A stretch of 64,000 bases of DNA, taken from Macrostomum lignano. Lineage: Eukaryota. The translations under genes and the position numbers were made by a program. The DNA lies in contig NIVC01003683.1 of assembly GCA_002269645.1 (NCBI GenBank), forward strand, positions 1 through 64,000, in the 5' to 3' direction. Below are positions 12,251 to 23,775 of the stretch, piece by piece. Within the stretch, counting starts at the first letter, position 1, and each line of letters opens with the position of its first letter. The notes beneath the pieces are model-generated. The model was given only the letters and a program-made list of their open reading frames with translations, had not been told where the DNA came from and searched no databases.

Positions 12251-12268
12251 CTGTCTGCTGCATTGCAG

Positions 12269-12858
12269 AGCCGGTCAGCAGCCATAAGCGAGCGCGAACT
12301 GCACCGTCTGTTCGAACGGGCGCGGCGTTGCTATGTGCTGGGCAAATATGACGAGGCGACCAACTTAGCCGAGTCCGTCCTGGCCGATTGGCCCAACGAC
12401 AAGAACAGCATTGATGGCGTCACGCTGCTTGAACTGCGCAGATTTCTAGCCGACGCCTACATCGACTATGGCGAAGATAAAGCCGCCGAGGAGCACGCTT
12501 TGAAGTACGTTGAACTGGCCAGCGCTTCGGACAATAACAAGGTGCAGCAGGAGGCCTGGCTGACCCTCGGCCGTGTCTACCTGATGCTTGACTACGATGA
12601 CCCCAACTTTGGCAAGGCTAAGAAGGCCGTGTGCGCCAGCTTGAAGTGTCTGGCTAAGATGAGGAAGCAGCTGCGACCGCAGGACTTCAATATTATGAAG
12701 CTGGTTACCTATGTGAACTTGGTTAAGACCTGCAGGCCTAACGAGGTTTGTCACTGGCTGCGCGTTTTCACTAGGGGGCCTCTCTGGTGTCTGTTTGATG
12801 CGTGCCTGTCCGTCAGGAGTCTGTATTCAATTGACTTTTGTGTGTCCGTTTCTATACT

Positions 12859-12928
<70 letters not shown>

Positions 12929-12929
12929 G

Positions 12930-12982
<53 letters not shown>

Positions 12983-12997
12983 TTCTGTCTGTCTGTG

Positions 12998-13086
<89 letters not shown>

Positions 13087-16000
13087 GTCTGTCTGTCTAT
13101 CTGTCTTGGTGTATGTTTGTCTGTCTGTCTATCTGTCTTGGTGTATGTTTGTCTGTCTGTCTATCTGTCTTGGTGTATGTTTGTCTGTCTGTCTATCTGT
13201 CTTGGTGTATGTTTGTCTGTCTGTCTGTCTGTCTTGGTGTATGTTTGTCTGTCTTAGTGTCTGTCTGTCTGTCAGTGTCGTCTGATTTAAATCTCTCTGC
13301 CTTAACTACCTGTTTTTTACTGCCGTGATCTTGTCCTGGTAGCTGGTAGCTCGAGCCGAATTCCTGTCCGTATGCGACCGGTTGGTGGACCAGCTCGGCC
13401 GGGACGTGTCCGAGGAGACCCTGCTGGTGCACTGCGGCTCCAAGCTCGAGCACTACGTGGCCACCGAAGCCGTGGCCGACGGTTTCGAATTTGCTCGGAC
13501 AATGTCCGACCGGAAACTGCTGGACTTGTCGGCCGATGCCGCCCTGTACCTGAGCCTGTGCCGGTTGGCCGCGGTGGCCGCCGACAGCGGACAGCCGGGC
13601 CCCGTCAAGCAGCTGAGCCGGGCGAGTCTGTCCGTGTTCGCCCAGCGGGGCCTCCGTCAGCAGTCGCGCCTGCCGCGTGTGCAGCATCAGTCGGTTGTTC
13701 GACTGTTAAAGTGCAACCGGCTGCTGGCCAAGCTCGATTCGACTGGATCTGGCGCGGCCAGCGATGCCGGCCAGTTGAACGCCGAGACTGTCGGGGCTCA
13801 CCGGACAGCCGGGGACATCCTGCTGAGATTCCAGCTGCACGCCAGGGCTTCCGCGCACTTCGTCTGGCTGGTGAGAGGGGGGCTGTCGCTCAATAATCTT
13901 AATAATGATGGCCAATGTAAATCCTTCATCTAGAGCAGGGCTGCTTCTCTCTCCGGCCCTCGGGTCCTTTGAAACTTCACAATAGCAATCCGGCCCGCTC
14001 AAGGTTTGTGTCTCTTCCCAGATCCCCTGCTCCCTTCTACAATCTCCTCTCTCCTCTCCCTTCTCTACCTTCTCTCCTCTCCTCTCCGTCTGTCTGTTAA
14101 CGATAATAGTCCGTCATCAACTAACTAAAGTTATAGATAATGTCTATTAATTTATAATCGATAATAAATAATCTGCTGATTGCTTCATTTGTGGCCTCTG
14201 TCTGGCAGGTTGAGCAGCTCAAAGTGGATAAGCAGCGCTACTGTAAGGAACTGGCTTCAGCTTATGGCAGTTTGGCCGTCTGCTGCAGGGCCCTGGATCG
14301 CAAAGAGCAGGCCAATGAGTGCGATAGGGAAAAGCAGCTGCTGGAGGTGAGTTGGTGCCTGGATATGCTTACTGGTGAGGGTAGGGAGCGGATCATCTGG
14401 GTAGTGAGAGTAGGGAGCGGATTACCCCTTGGTAGTGAGAGTAGGGAGCGGATCATCTGGGTAGTGAGAGTAGGGAGCGGATCATCTGGGTAGTGAGAGT
14501 AGGGAGCGGATCATCTGGGTAGTGAGAGTAGGGAGCGGATTACCCCTTGGTAGTGAGAGTAGGGAGCGGATCATCTGGGTAGTGAGAGTAGGGAGCGGAT
14601 CATCTGGGTAGTGAGAGTAGGGAGCGGATCATCTGGGTAGTGAGAGTAGGGAGCGGATCATCTGGGTAGTGAGAGTAGGGAGCGGATTACCCCTGGGTAG
14701 TGAGAGTAGGGAGCGGATCATCTGGGTAGTGAGAGTAGGGAGCGGATCACCATCTAGGTAGTGGGGTGTAGGGAGCGGATCACCCTTTGGTAGTGAGGGT
14801 AGGGAGCGGGTCACCCCTTGGTAGTGAGGGTAGGGAGCGGGTCACCCCTTGGTAGTGAGGGTAGGGAGCGGATCGCAACCCGGGTAGTCAGTGTAGGGAG
14901 CGGATCGCAACCTGGGTAGTGAGGGTAGGGAGCGGATCGCAAACGGGATAGTGAGGGTAGGGAGCGGATCATCTGGGTAGTGAGAGTAGGGAGCGGATCA
15001 TCTGGGTAGTGAGAGTAGGGAGCGGATCATCTGGGTAGTGAGAGTAGGGAGCGGATCATCTGGGTAGTGAGAGTAGGGAGCGGATCATCTGGGTAGTGAG
15101 AGTAGGGAGCGGATCATCTGGGTAGTGAGAGTAGGGAGCGGATCATCTGGGTAGTGAGAGTAGGGAGCGGATTACCCCTGGGTAGTGAGAGTAGGGAGCG
15201 GATCATCTGGGTAGTGAGAGTAGGGAGCGGATCACCATCTAGGTAGTGGGGTGTAGGGAGCGGATCACCCTTTGGTAGTGAGGGTAGGGAGCGGGTCACC
15301 CCTTGGTAGTGAGGGTAGGGAGCGGGTCACCCCTTGGTAGTGAGGGTAGGGAGCGGATCGCAACCCGGGTAGTGAGTGTAGGGAGCGGATCGCAACCTGG
15401 GTAGTGAGGGTAGGGAGCGGATCGCAAACGGGATAGTGAGGGTAGGGAGCGGATCGCAAACTGGGTAGTGAGGAAAGGGAGCAGATCCGCATCTGAGTAG
15501 AGAGGGTAGAGAGCGGATCCCATCCTGACCCAATTGTCACAATAACCCCAAGCTAGTCTCCAATCTGATAACTTTATAATTTTCTAACGTCCAAGGGCTC
15601 GCCAGAAGGCAATGAGGAAGGCGACAAGGCCAACCGCAAGAAAGAGAGCGGCAAAGAAGAAAAAGACGGGAGCGATGATGAGAGCAGCAACAGCAACAGC
15701 AGTGACAACGATGAGGACGCAGATGGCGACGGCTGGACGGATGTGAGCAGCGGTATTACCTCGGGCATGTCCGATTTCCAAGTTGGCAACGAGGGTCGGC
15801 AGCCTCGCAGCCGCAATAGTCGGCCTATGGAGGCGCGGAAGAACGAATTCGGCGATACGCCTTTGCACCTGGCCGCGCAGAGGGGCGATATTAATCGGTG
15901 AGTAGGCTGGGTGAGCTCTTAAGTGCTGTCCATCCTGAGTGAGGTGTCAGTCCCACATGAGTGAGCAGTCAGTCCCTCCTGATTGAGGTGTCAGTCCCAC

Positions 16001-19000
16001 CTGAGCAAGCTGTCAATGCCTCACCTGAGCAAGCTGTCAATGCCTCACCTGAGCAAGCTGTCAATGCCTCACCTGAGCAAGCTGTCAATGCCTCACCTGA
16101 GCAAGCTGTCAATGCCTCACCTGAGCAAGCTGTCAATGCCTCACCTGAGCAAGCTGTCAATGCCTCACCTGAGCAAGCTGTCAATGCCCCACCTGAGCAA
16201 GCTGTCAATGCCTCACCTGAGCAAGCTGTCAATGCCTCACCTGAGCAAGCTGTCAATGCCTCACCTGAGCAAGCTGTCAATGCCTCACCTGAGCAAGCTG
16301 TCAATGCCTCACCTGAGCAAGCTGTCAATGCCTCACCTGAGCAAGCTGTCAATGCCTCACCTGAGCAAGCTGTCAATGCCTCACCTGAGCAAGCTGTCAA
16401 TGCCTCACCTGAGCAAGCTGTCAATGCCTCACCTGAGCAAGCTGTCAATGCCTCACCTGAGCAAGCTGTCAATGCCTCACCTGAGCAAGCTGTCAATGCC
16501 TCACCTGAGCAAGCTGTCAATGCCTCACCTGAGCAAGCTGTCAATGCCTCACCTGAGCAAGCTGTCAATGCCTCACCTGAGCAAGCTGTCAATGCCTCAC
16601 CTGAGCAAGCTGTCAATGCCTCACCTGAGCAAGCTGTCAATGCCTCACCTGAGCAAGCTGTCAATGCCTCACCTGAGCAAGCTGTCAATGCCTCACCTGA
16701 GCAAGCTGTCAATGCCTCACCTGAGCAAGCTGTCAATGCCTCACCTGAGCAAGCTGTCAATCACCCGCAGAGCCCGTCAGCTGGTGGAGGTGCACGGCCA
16801 TTCAGTCAGCGTAGTTGACAACAACAATTGGCAGCCAGTTCACGACGCAGCCACCCACGGTCACATCAACGTGATTGAATACCTGCTCGAACGCGGTGTA
16901 CCAGTCGACACGCCCGGTTGCCGCGGTTCCACCGCCCTGCTAGAGGCGGTGAGCTCCGGGCACTTCGAAGCGGCCAAATGGCTGATAGAGAGAGGCGCCA
17001 ATCCGGCCAGACGCGACGCTGACGGGGACAATATCCTCAGCCTGGCCGAGGCCTGGCGTCACGACTGCGTGGCCGACGGACAGCTCGCTGCCAGCCTGAC
17101 TGCGAACCGGTTCCGGCACTGGCTGGCCGACAGGCTGGGCGAGGTGGAGTTTCAACGGCTGGAGAAGCAGTACGAAGCTGCTCAGGCCAGGCTGAAGCTG
17201 CGCCTGGCTGCTCAGGAGGCCAGAGCCGGCGGCAAGAGCAAAGATCGCAGAGGCGACAAGGATGAGAACAAAGATCGGGACGGTGATAGGCGAGCCGGAG
17301 TGGAGAGCTATAAGGCCACGATGCGGCAGGTAGGCTAAACCTTTTCGTGTTGATTTTGTAGCTTGTCCGATGTCTGAGTAGTGAGTACTGGCTGGCACAG
17401 ATACTATAACAACTAGATGGGCCACTCAGCACATTTGCGTGTAAGCTACTTTCAGTAGAAAACTATAAATAGTAGCCTCGGGGGTTTAGCCGGTACTTTT
17501 ACCCTTGGTTAAAGCGTCGGACTCAGGACTAGAAGGTCCACTCGGAACAATTTGTGTCCTAAAATAAAGGCTGCTGACATAACTGATAAATTTAGAAGCC
17601 CAAGCTTGAAGGCGTAAACAACTTGCTAATTGGTTCAGCAATAATGTACATTAGTCAGTCACCTGACATGGGCAGCTTTAGGCTGGAATTCCGAAAAGGC
17701 AATAAAAATTGGGGCGGGGCGGGGGGGGGGTAGTGTTGGAAAGGTTCCGTTGGAGGGTTTAAGCCAAGGGGTAAGAGCCAATAAATGAGCCTTGACTTTA
17801 AAATACATTAAAATGCTTCTGTTAAAATTACTACTGAACTGAAAGTAGTTTACACGCAAATGCGCTGAGTGGCCCATCTAGTTATTCTCGTATCTGTGAG
17901 TTCACCCAGCTGTAAAATGGGTGCCAGCATTAGCCTGGGTAATTAACTTTACTGTCCCGAGCACATTTAACGGACCTTCTACTTCCCCTTCGACCCCATA
18001 TGTTCCTCGGTGCAGCTGCCATGCTGTACATCTTCAGTGGCTCACTGGCTAATGTACAATACATGACGCCTTATTTCCATAATAGTAGCTTATCGCATTC
18101 TTCCTTGCTACTAAACTGAAAGTAGTAGATCTAGTAAACAGTTGAATAAACCTAGTTTAAGCAGCAACCGTATCGTTGACAATTTCAGGTCAGGCGTAGC
18201 GCGGTTCGCGACCGGCGCCACGCGCCAAAACCGGCGCCGCAAGAGTTGGAAAGCCCGTACGCTTCTGACGCGTCAAATGATGGGCAGATGGAGCCCGATG
18301 CCGGCGAGGACAGCGAGGACAGCAGCGAAGGCCCAGCCAAGCGGCCCCGGCTGCAGTTGAAGCAGCAGAGCAGCGGCAATCGGCGCAGGCCCATGCAGAT
18401 TCTGGACGACGATGACATTGATGAAGAAGTCAGAGAACAAGAAAAAGGCCAGAAGAAGACTCCCATCTGTCTGTCTCCTCCGCCAGTGTCGGCGCCGTCA
18501 GCGCACGCGCCCGCCGCGGAGTCGGAGGACTGCAACAGTCCGGTGTTCAATCGTTCAGCGGTTGCTATGGACAGAACTGCTCAGCATCGCCGCGGACTGG
18601 CAGACGCGTCAATCTTGCCTTTTGCTGTTGACCAATTCCAGCAGCACGACCAACCGGTGCCGCTGCTCAACTCCACCATGCTGATGCCAGCCCCAGCCGC
18701 CACGGTCACCAGTCCCGACACTGCACCGTCTGCCGCCGATCCTCGCATTGCTCGCTGCCTACGCGACGCTCAGACGGCCGGCTGCCTGACCGCCGCCGAT
18801 TTCCGTCTTGGCCCGGACGGCGCCTTGCCGCTGCTGACCTGCCGGCCGGACCGGCTGACCCGTCTGGATCTGTCCGGCAATCTGCTCACCGACCTGCCAT
18901 CGCCAGCTCTGGCCAGCCTAGTCGCTTGGCAAGGCTCGGCCAGTCTGTCCGACTTGAATCTGGCCGGCAATGACTTAACTTCGGCTACTCTGTCCGAACT

Positions 19001-19487
19001 GCCGGCTATGCCGTCTCTGCGCGTACTTGATTTGTCCGAGAATCCTCTTGGCGACTCGGCCGGGCCGCATATTGGCCGACTGGTGTCCGGCTCGCCTAAA
19101 CTGGATTGGCTGCTGCTGAGAGACTGCCGTCTGACTGACAAGTTCGGCCGGCCTGGCCTGCTAAGCTCGGACAGTGTCCGACTATTGGATCTGGACGGGA
19201 ATCTGTTTAGCGACAACGGTGTCTCATTGTTAATTGATTGCGTCATCAATTGGCGCCAGTTAGATACTCTACGGCTGCGCCGGTGTCAGGTTGCCTTAGC
19301 AACTAAATATAGCAACGCGGCTGCCGTGTCTTCGGCTGCTACTGGCGGATGTTTGGCGGCCAGCCTGGCTCGCCTGCTGCAGCGGCCGGGTAGCAGCCTG
19401 CGAGTGTTGGACCTGCGCGAGAACGGCTTGAAGCCGGGAGAGTTTGCCGCGGCGGCCGAGCTTATTGCCACTCTGCTTGTGTCTTGA
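12269..19487 (+). CDS. TONSL: Tonsoku-like DNA repair protein (TPR - ankyrin - LRR), about 1100 aa. Exons 12269-12745, 13343-13870, 14209-14346, 15596-15897, 16771-17329, 18189-19487
   Basis: N-terminal ERELHRL and KYVELA...QEAWLTLGR resemble TONSL ERELRQL and QYLELA...QRAWATIGR. Ankyrins KNEFGDTPLH, DNNNWQPVHDAATHGH and EAVSSGHFE. C-terminal LRRs (LDLSENPLGD). Splice phases 0,0,0,2,0 join into one frame. No ATG found in the first exon. Confidence 0.85.
12863..13275. repeat. (TCTG)n microsatellite in TONSL intron 1
   Basis: Directly visible. Confidence 0.97.
14375..15510. repeat. About 29-bp G-rich minisatellite (GGGTAGTGAGAGTAGGGAGCGGATCATCT) filling TONSL intron 3
   Basis: Tandem units. 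A variant block recurs at 485-bp spacing (identical ORFs at 14629 and 15114). Confidence 0.95.
15998..16760. repeat. 24-bp minisatellite (CACCTGAGCAAGCTGTCAATGCCT), about 32 near-identical copies, filling TONSL intron 4
   Basis: Directly visible; only one internal variant unit noticed. Confidence 0.97.
17411..17883. mobile_element. MITE-like element with about 46-bp terminal inverted repeats in TONSL intron 5
   Basis: AACTAGATGGGCCACTCAGCACATTTGCGTGTAAGCTACTTTCAGT at 17411 and its reverse complement (2 mismatches) ending at 17883. No TSD identified. Confidence 0.65.
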
Positions 19488-19879
19488 TTGATTTATGCAT
19501 TCTAACTGCGCTACCGCTAGTAGCTATATAAGCATTTTATTATTGCTTTTTTGTCTGCTAAAGTATGAATTTCTTTATCTGATCATAAGTGACAAACCAA
19601 GTGAGAATATATTTATATGTAACTACACGCCATTCTCTTAAATGCGCCCATCTACTCTTCTTAGTAGCAAAATAACATATTATTAGAATTTACAAGACTT
19701 TGGAAGTTTTTAATGCGGCAACAATCCGCCTTTGGCTCCGACTCCAGACTGTTTTTTAAAAAAACAAATGAATGACTGAAAATTGCAGGAAAATTGGAAC
19801 CTAAATCCAGTGCGTGTGTGCATAGCGAGCAAGAGAGAAGAGGGGTGGCGCCCAGCCCCCAGACAGGCCGATAAACAGT

Positions 19880-20205
19880 TTGGCTTTTCTCTTGCCCGCT
19901 TGTGTCTGACTCTGACCTCCCTCCTTGCTGCTCTCATTGGTTGAGCCAGATTGGGGCTTCCCCCCAAGGCTGGTTTTGTCTGTCTGACTAACCTCTCTCC
20001 TTACTGCTCTCTAATTGGCTGAGCCAGATTGGGCCTGCTCCCCCTAGGGCTGGTTTTGTCTGCCTGACTTTAACCTCTCTCCTTACTGCTCTCTCATTGG
20101 CTGAGCTAGATTGGGTCTGCCCCCCCCCCAAGGCTGGTTTTGTCTGTCTGACTTTATAACCTCTCCTTACTGCTCTCTCTCATTGGCTGAGCTAGATCGG
20201 GCCTG
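19880..20205. repeat. About 80-bp tandem repeat, about 4 copies, containing ATTGG motifs
   Basis: Recurring GGCTGGTTTTGTCTG...CTCTCATTGGCTGAGC[CT]AGATTGGG. Confidence 0.8.
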
Positions 20206-20964
20206 CCCCTAGGCAGAGTTTCGTACGTATTGCGTTGCATAGGTGCATAATTTTTCCAACGGGATGCTCTCGAGGCCGCACACCCCCGACGTTTGGTCCC
20301 AAATTTTAACTGCCACATTAAATTTAAGTGACAGTACGCATACAAACTACTGAAAAAAGAGTAGAAGCTTTACTTTTTTGCAAAATTTATCGCGAGTGAC
20401 GGTTTTTTAGAATTAACAGAAACAATATCTGAAAACACGAACCGATCATCATTCAGAGCATACTTGTCGTTGTGACCCTAAAACGCCTTTCATAGGTCTT
20501 AGATAACTTATTAATCTTTTGTCGGTAGTTCATCTTCGACGCTGAACACAATAGTATTCAATAAAAGCCATTCTAATCTCTCATTCTCCTTTATCCTAGA
20601 TTTTATTATCTAAACAGTTTTCTACGGTTCCTTACCCTGTGTGTCAATTAATTAGTTTTTACTCACTGCATACTCAAGTTATGATTAATGTTAATAGCGG
20701 TTATTATTGCATTTCTATCTCTCTTTATCTGCTACGCGTTGCATTGGGACAGTTCAGTGTGAACTCAATTTATTGTTTAAATATATCATTTATAATACAC
20801 CTACTGTGTTTAATTTGTCTTCTTTCAACGGTTACTGTTTCTGTTCATATCCTTTTAAATTTTTTATCTTTTTGGGTGTGAACTTATAATGCTATTTTTT
20901 ATAAATCTTTGTCGTTTTGTTCAAGTTTTATTTTCCTAATTCATAGCTGAAAGATTTAGCCCTT

Positions 20965-21930
20965 GAAGGGAGCAGAGGTTAAAGGGGGCAGCAGGGAGAG
21001 GTTAAAGGGGGCAGCAGGGAGAGGTTGAAGGGAGCAGCGGGGAGAGGTTGCAGGGAGCAGCGGGGAGGGGCTGAAGGGAGCAGCAGGGAGAGGTTGCAGG
21101 GAGCAGCGGGGAGGGGCTGAAGGGAGCAGCAGGGAGAGGTTGAAGGGAGCAGCGGGGAGGGGCTGAAGGGAGCAGCGGGGAGAGGTTGCAGGGAGCAGCG
21201 GGGAGGGGCTGAAGGGAGCAGCAGGGAGAGGTTGAAGGGAGCAGCGGGGAGGGGCTGAAGGGAGCAGCGGGGAGAGGTTGCAGGGAGCAGCGGGGAGGGG
21301 CTGAAGGGAGCAGCGGGGAGAGGTTGCAGGGAGCAGCGGGGAGGGGCTGAAGGGAGCAGCGGGGAGAGGTTGCAGGGAGCAGCGGGGAGGGGCTGAAGGG
21401 AGCAGCGGGGAGAGGTTGCAGGGAGCAGCGGGGAGGGGCTGAAGGGAGCAGCAGGGAGAGGTTGAAGGGAGCAGCGGGGAGGGGCTGAAGGGAGCAGCGG
21501 GGAGAGGTTGCAGGGAGCAGCGGGGAGGGGCTGAAGGGAGCAGCGGGGAGAGGTTGCAGGGAGCAGCGGGGAGGGGCTGAAGGGAGCAGCAGGGAGAGGT
21601 TGCAGGGAGCAGCGGGGAGGGGCTGAAGGGAGCAGCAGGGAGAGGTTGCAGGGTGCAGCGGGGAGGGGCTGAAGGGAGCAGCAGGGAGAGGTTGCAGGGA
21701 GCAGCGGGGAGAGGTTGCAGGGAGCAGCGGGGAGGGGCTGAAGGGAGCAGCGGGGAGGGGCTGAAGGGAGCAGCGGGGAGGGGCTGAAGGGAGCAGCAGG
21801 GAGAGGTTGCAGGGAGCAGCGGGGAGGGGCTGAAGGGAGCAGCAGGGAGAGGTTGCAGGGAGCAGCGGGGAGGGGCTGAAGGGAGCAACAGGGAGAGGTT
21901 GCAGAGAGCAGCGGGGAGGGGCTGAAGGGA
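20965..21930. repeat. G-rich minisatellite with alternating units of about 21-22 bp (GGGAGCAGCGGGGAGAGGTTGCA / GGGAGCAGCGGGGAGGGGCTGAA)
   Basis: Directly visible. Source of the proline-rich pseudo-ORFs. Confidence 0.95.
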
Positions 21931-22323
21931 GTGGAATTTCTTAGCTGTAAAATTGCACATGCGGTACATCCAAGTGTGCAAAGGAAAGAAAGCTGTTTAC
22001 CTGTAGCACAGTGCGCAATCTCCCTCCCCAAGTTGGCACTCCCCGCTCAAAGTCCAAATTTATAAAATCGCTTACATATTTTTGCACGCTTTTTGTTAAA
22101 AGCAACAAAAAAGTCTAGCGCACAGCTCCGGAGTGAGGTGTGCTCAACCTACTCAGCTATCTTACCTGACTGTTATCAGGGTGACTAATAGCCTGGCTTG
22201 GAGCCGCCTAGAGGAGCCCCGCGGAGCGCTAAAACTCTTTGATTTGAGTTTCGGGTTGGCGGCAACACAGGTTAAAAAATCGATATTAAGAAGGCCTAGA
22301 AGATAGTTCGAGATCGAACCCAG

Positions 22324-23265
22324 GAGCTGCTAGCGGCCAGCGAGGAGCATGAGAGGCGGCGGCTGCTGCGGCTGGACCAGATTGCCGAGGATGGTCCGGG
22401 CGATGAGCTGGAGCTGGTGACCAGGGTCCAGTTCCAGCCAGGGCGGCCTTGGTGGCAGCGGCAGTGGAGACGATGGCGGCCGCTGATGCAGCTGGACTCG
22501 TCGGCGGGCGGTGACGGTCAGCCGCCGCGGCTCGCCGACGTCCCGTCGTCCGCGACAAGCCTGACGCCGGAGCCGCCTGAGGGCGCCTCGGTGGAAGCGG
22601 CGCGCCGACTGCTGACGGCCGCGGCGGAGCTGCAGTCTCAGCTGGACTCGCTGGAGGCGGCGCTGCGGTCAGCTGACGCGGAGAGCAGCGGCGCCGAGCT
22701 GAGCCTGACGGTCGGGCTGGCGCTGACGTCCCGGATCGCCGCGTTCCGCTCGGCGCTGGCCAGATTCGCTGTTGAACCCGCCGAGGTCGACGGCGTCGAT
22801 TCGTCAACGTGCCCGACGCTGCGGAGAATCCGGCGACTGCAGGCGGATTCTGCGGAGCGGCGGCTGGTCCGGCTGGAGAGGCGGTTCGCCGGCCTGCTGC
22901 TCAGCCGGGGTGCTCTCGCTGCCGAGTGCCGTGACGCCGACTTCAACGAGGCCGCCGGCGGCCTGTCCGAGCGTCTGTCCGAGCTGCTGACGCTGATGCT
23001 GTCGGTCAGGGCGCTGCTAGCCGCGGACGGCCCGGCGCTGGCCGAGGTTCGCGCCGCGGTGGAGGCCGCCGGCGAACTGTGCGAATCGGCAGCCGACAAT
23101 CTCGAATCGGCGGTGATCATCGACTTCCAGCTGGCTGGCCGGTTGAGACGCGCTCGCCTGATAGCCGCCGCCGTGCTGGTTGCCGCCCTGGTTGCCATAG
23201 TAACGCTGCTAGCTGTGCTGCTGGCTGTGCGGTCGTCTGGCAACGGAGCTCTGACTCCGTACTGA
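22324..23265 (+). CDS. Divergent syntaxin-like (Qa-type) SNARE with C-terminal transmembrane anchor
   Basis: LSELLTLMLSVRALLAADGPALAEVRAAVEAAGELCESAADNLESAV aligns without gaps to the syntaxin SNARE motif, followed by RLRRAR and a long hydrophobic TM segment. The frame is open from 22300. No ATG before residue 'LMQL'; candidate acceptor CCCAG at 22323. Confidence 0.7.
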   Translation, partial: ELLAASEEHERRRLLRLDQIAEDGPGDELELVTRVQFQPGRPWWQRQWRRWRPLMQLDSSAGGDGQPPRLADVPSSATSLTPEPPEGASVEAARRLLTAAAELQSQLDSLEAALRSADAESSGAELSLTVGLALTSRIAAFRSALARFAVEPAEVDGVDSSTCPTLRRIRRLQADSAERRLVRLERRFAGLLLSRGALAAECRDADFNEAAGGLSERLSELLTLMLSVRALLAADGPALAEVRAAVEAAGELCESAADNLESAVIIDFQLAGRLRRARLIAAAVLVAALVAIVTLLAVLLAVRSSGNGALTPY

Positions 23266-23489
23266 GTGATTGTTGGCTCTCTGTTGCATTTTTCGACATT
23301 ACAAGTACTGTATGCTAAATTAGTGTATCCTCAGCTTGTTCAAGCATCCTTTCACAGAGCTTGCATACTATAAGTAGTATAATTAAGAAGCTGCGTGTAT
23401 TGCCTGCGTCGCGTGTCAGAGATTTTCCGAAAATTTCGAGTTCCGAATTCTTTACTACATGTACTTCTTTGTCAGAGTGAGATGGGTCA

Positions 23490-23775
23490 CTGGACGGGTC
23501 ACTGGGCGGGTCATTAGATGGGTCACATGGGTGGGGCATTGGATGGGTCACATGGGTGGGGCATTGGATGGGTCACATGGGTGGGGCATTGGATGGGTCA
23601 CATGGGTGGGGCATTGGATGGGTCACATGGGCGGGTCATTGGATGGGTCACATGGGTGGGGCATTGAATGGTTCACAGGGTGGGTTATTGGATATGAGTC
23701 ACTGGGTGGGTCACTGGGTAGGTCACTGGATCGGTCATTAACATGGGTCACTGGATAGGTCATTAGATGGGTCAA
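23490..23775. repeat. 25-bp minisatellite (GGATGGGTCACATGGGTGGGGCATT)
   Basis: Directly visible; degenerate flanks. Confidence 0.9.

Noticed and set aside
15961-17338. 451-aa ORF with MPHLSKLS repeats fused to ankyrins
   Set aside because: The repeat part lies inside TONSL intron 4. Read-through from the upstream exon hits TGA immediately (CGG TGA), and a proper CAG acceptor lies at 16770.
20956-22031. Proline-rich 341/350-aa ORFs
   Set aside because: Antisense translation of the G-rich minisatellite.
22165-22180. ATCTTACCTG resembling the U1 snRNA 5' end
   Set aside because: Imperfect match, and no downstream U1 stem-loops or Sm site.
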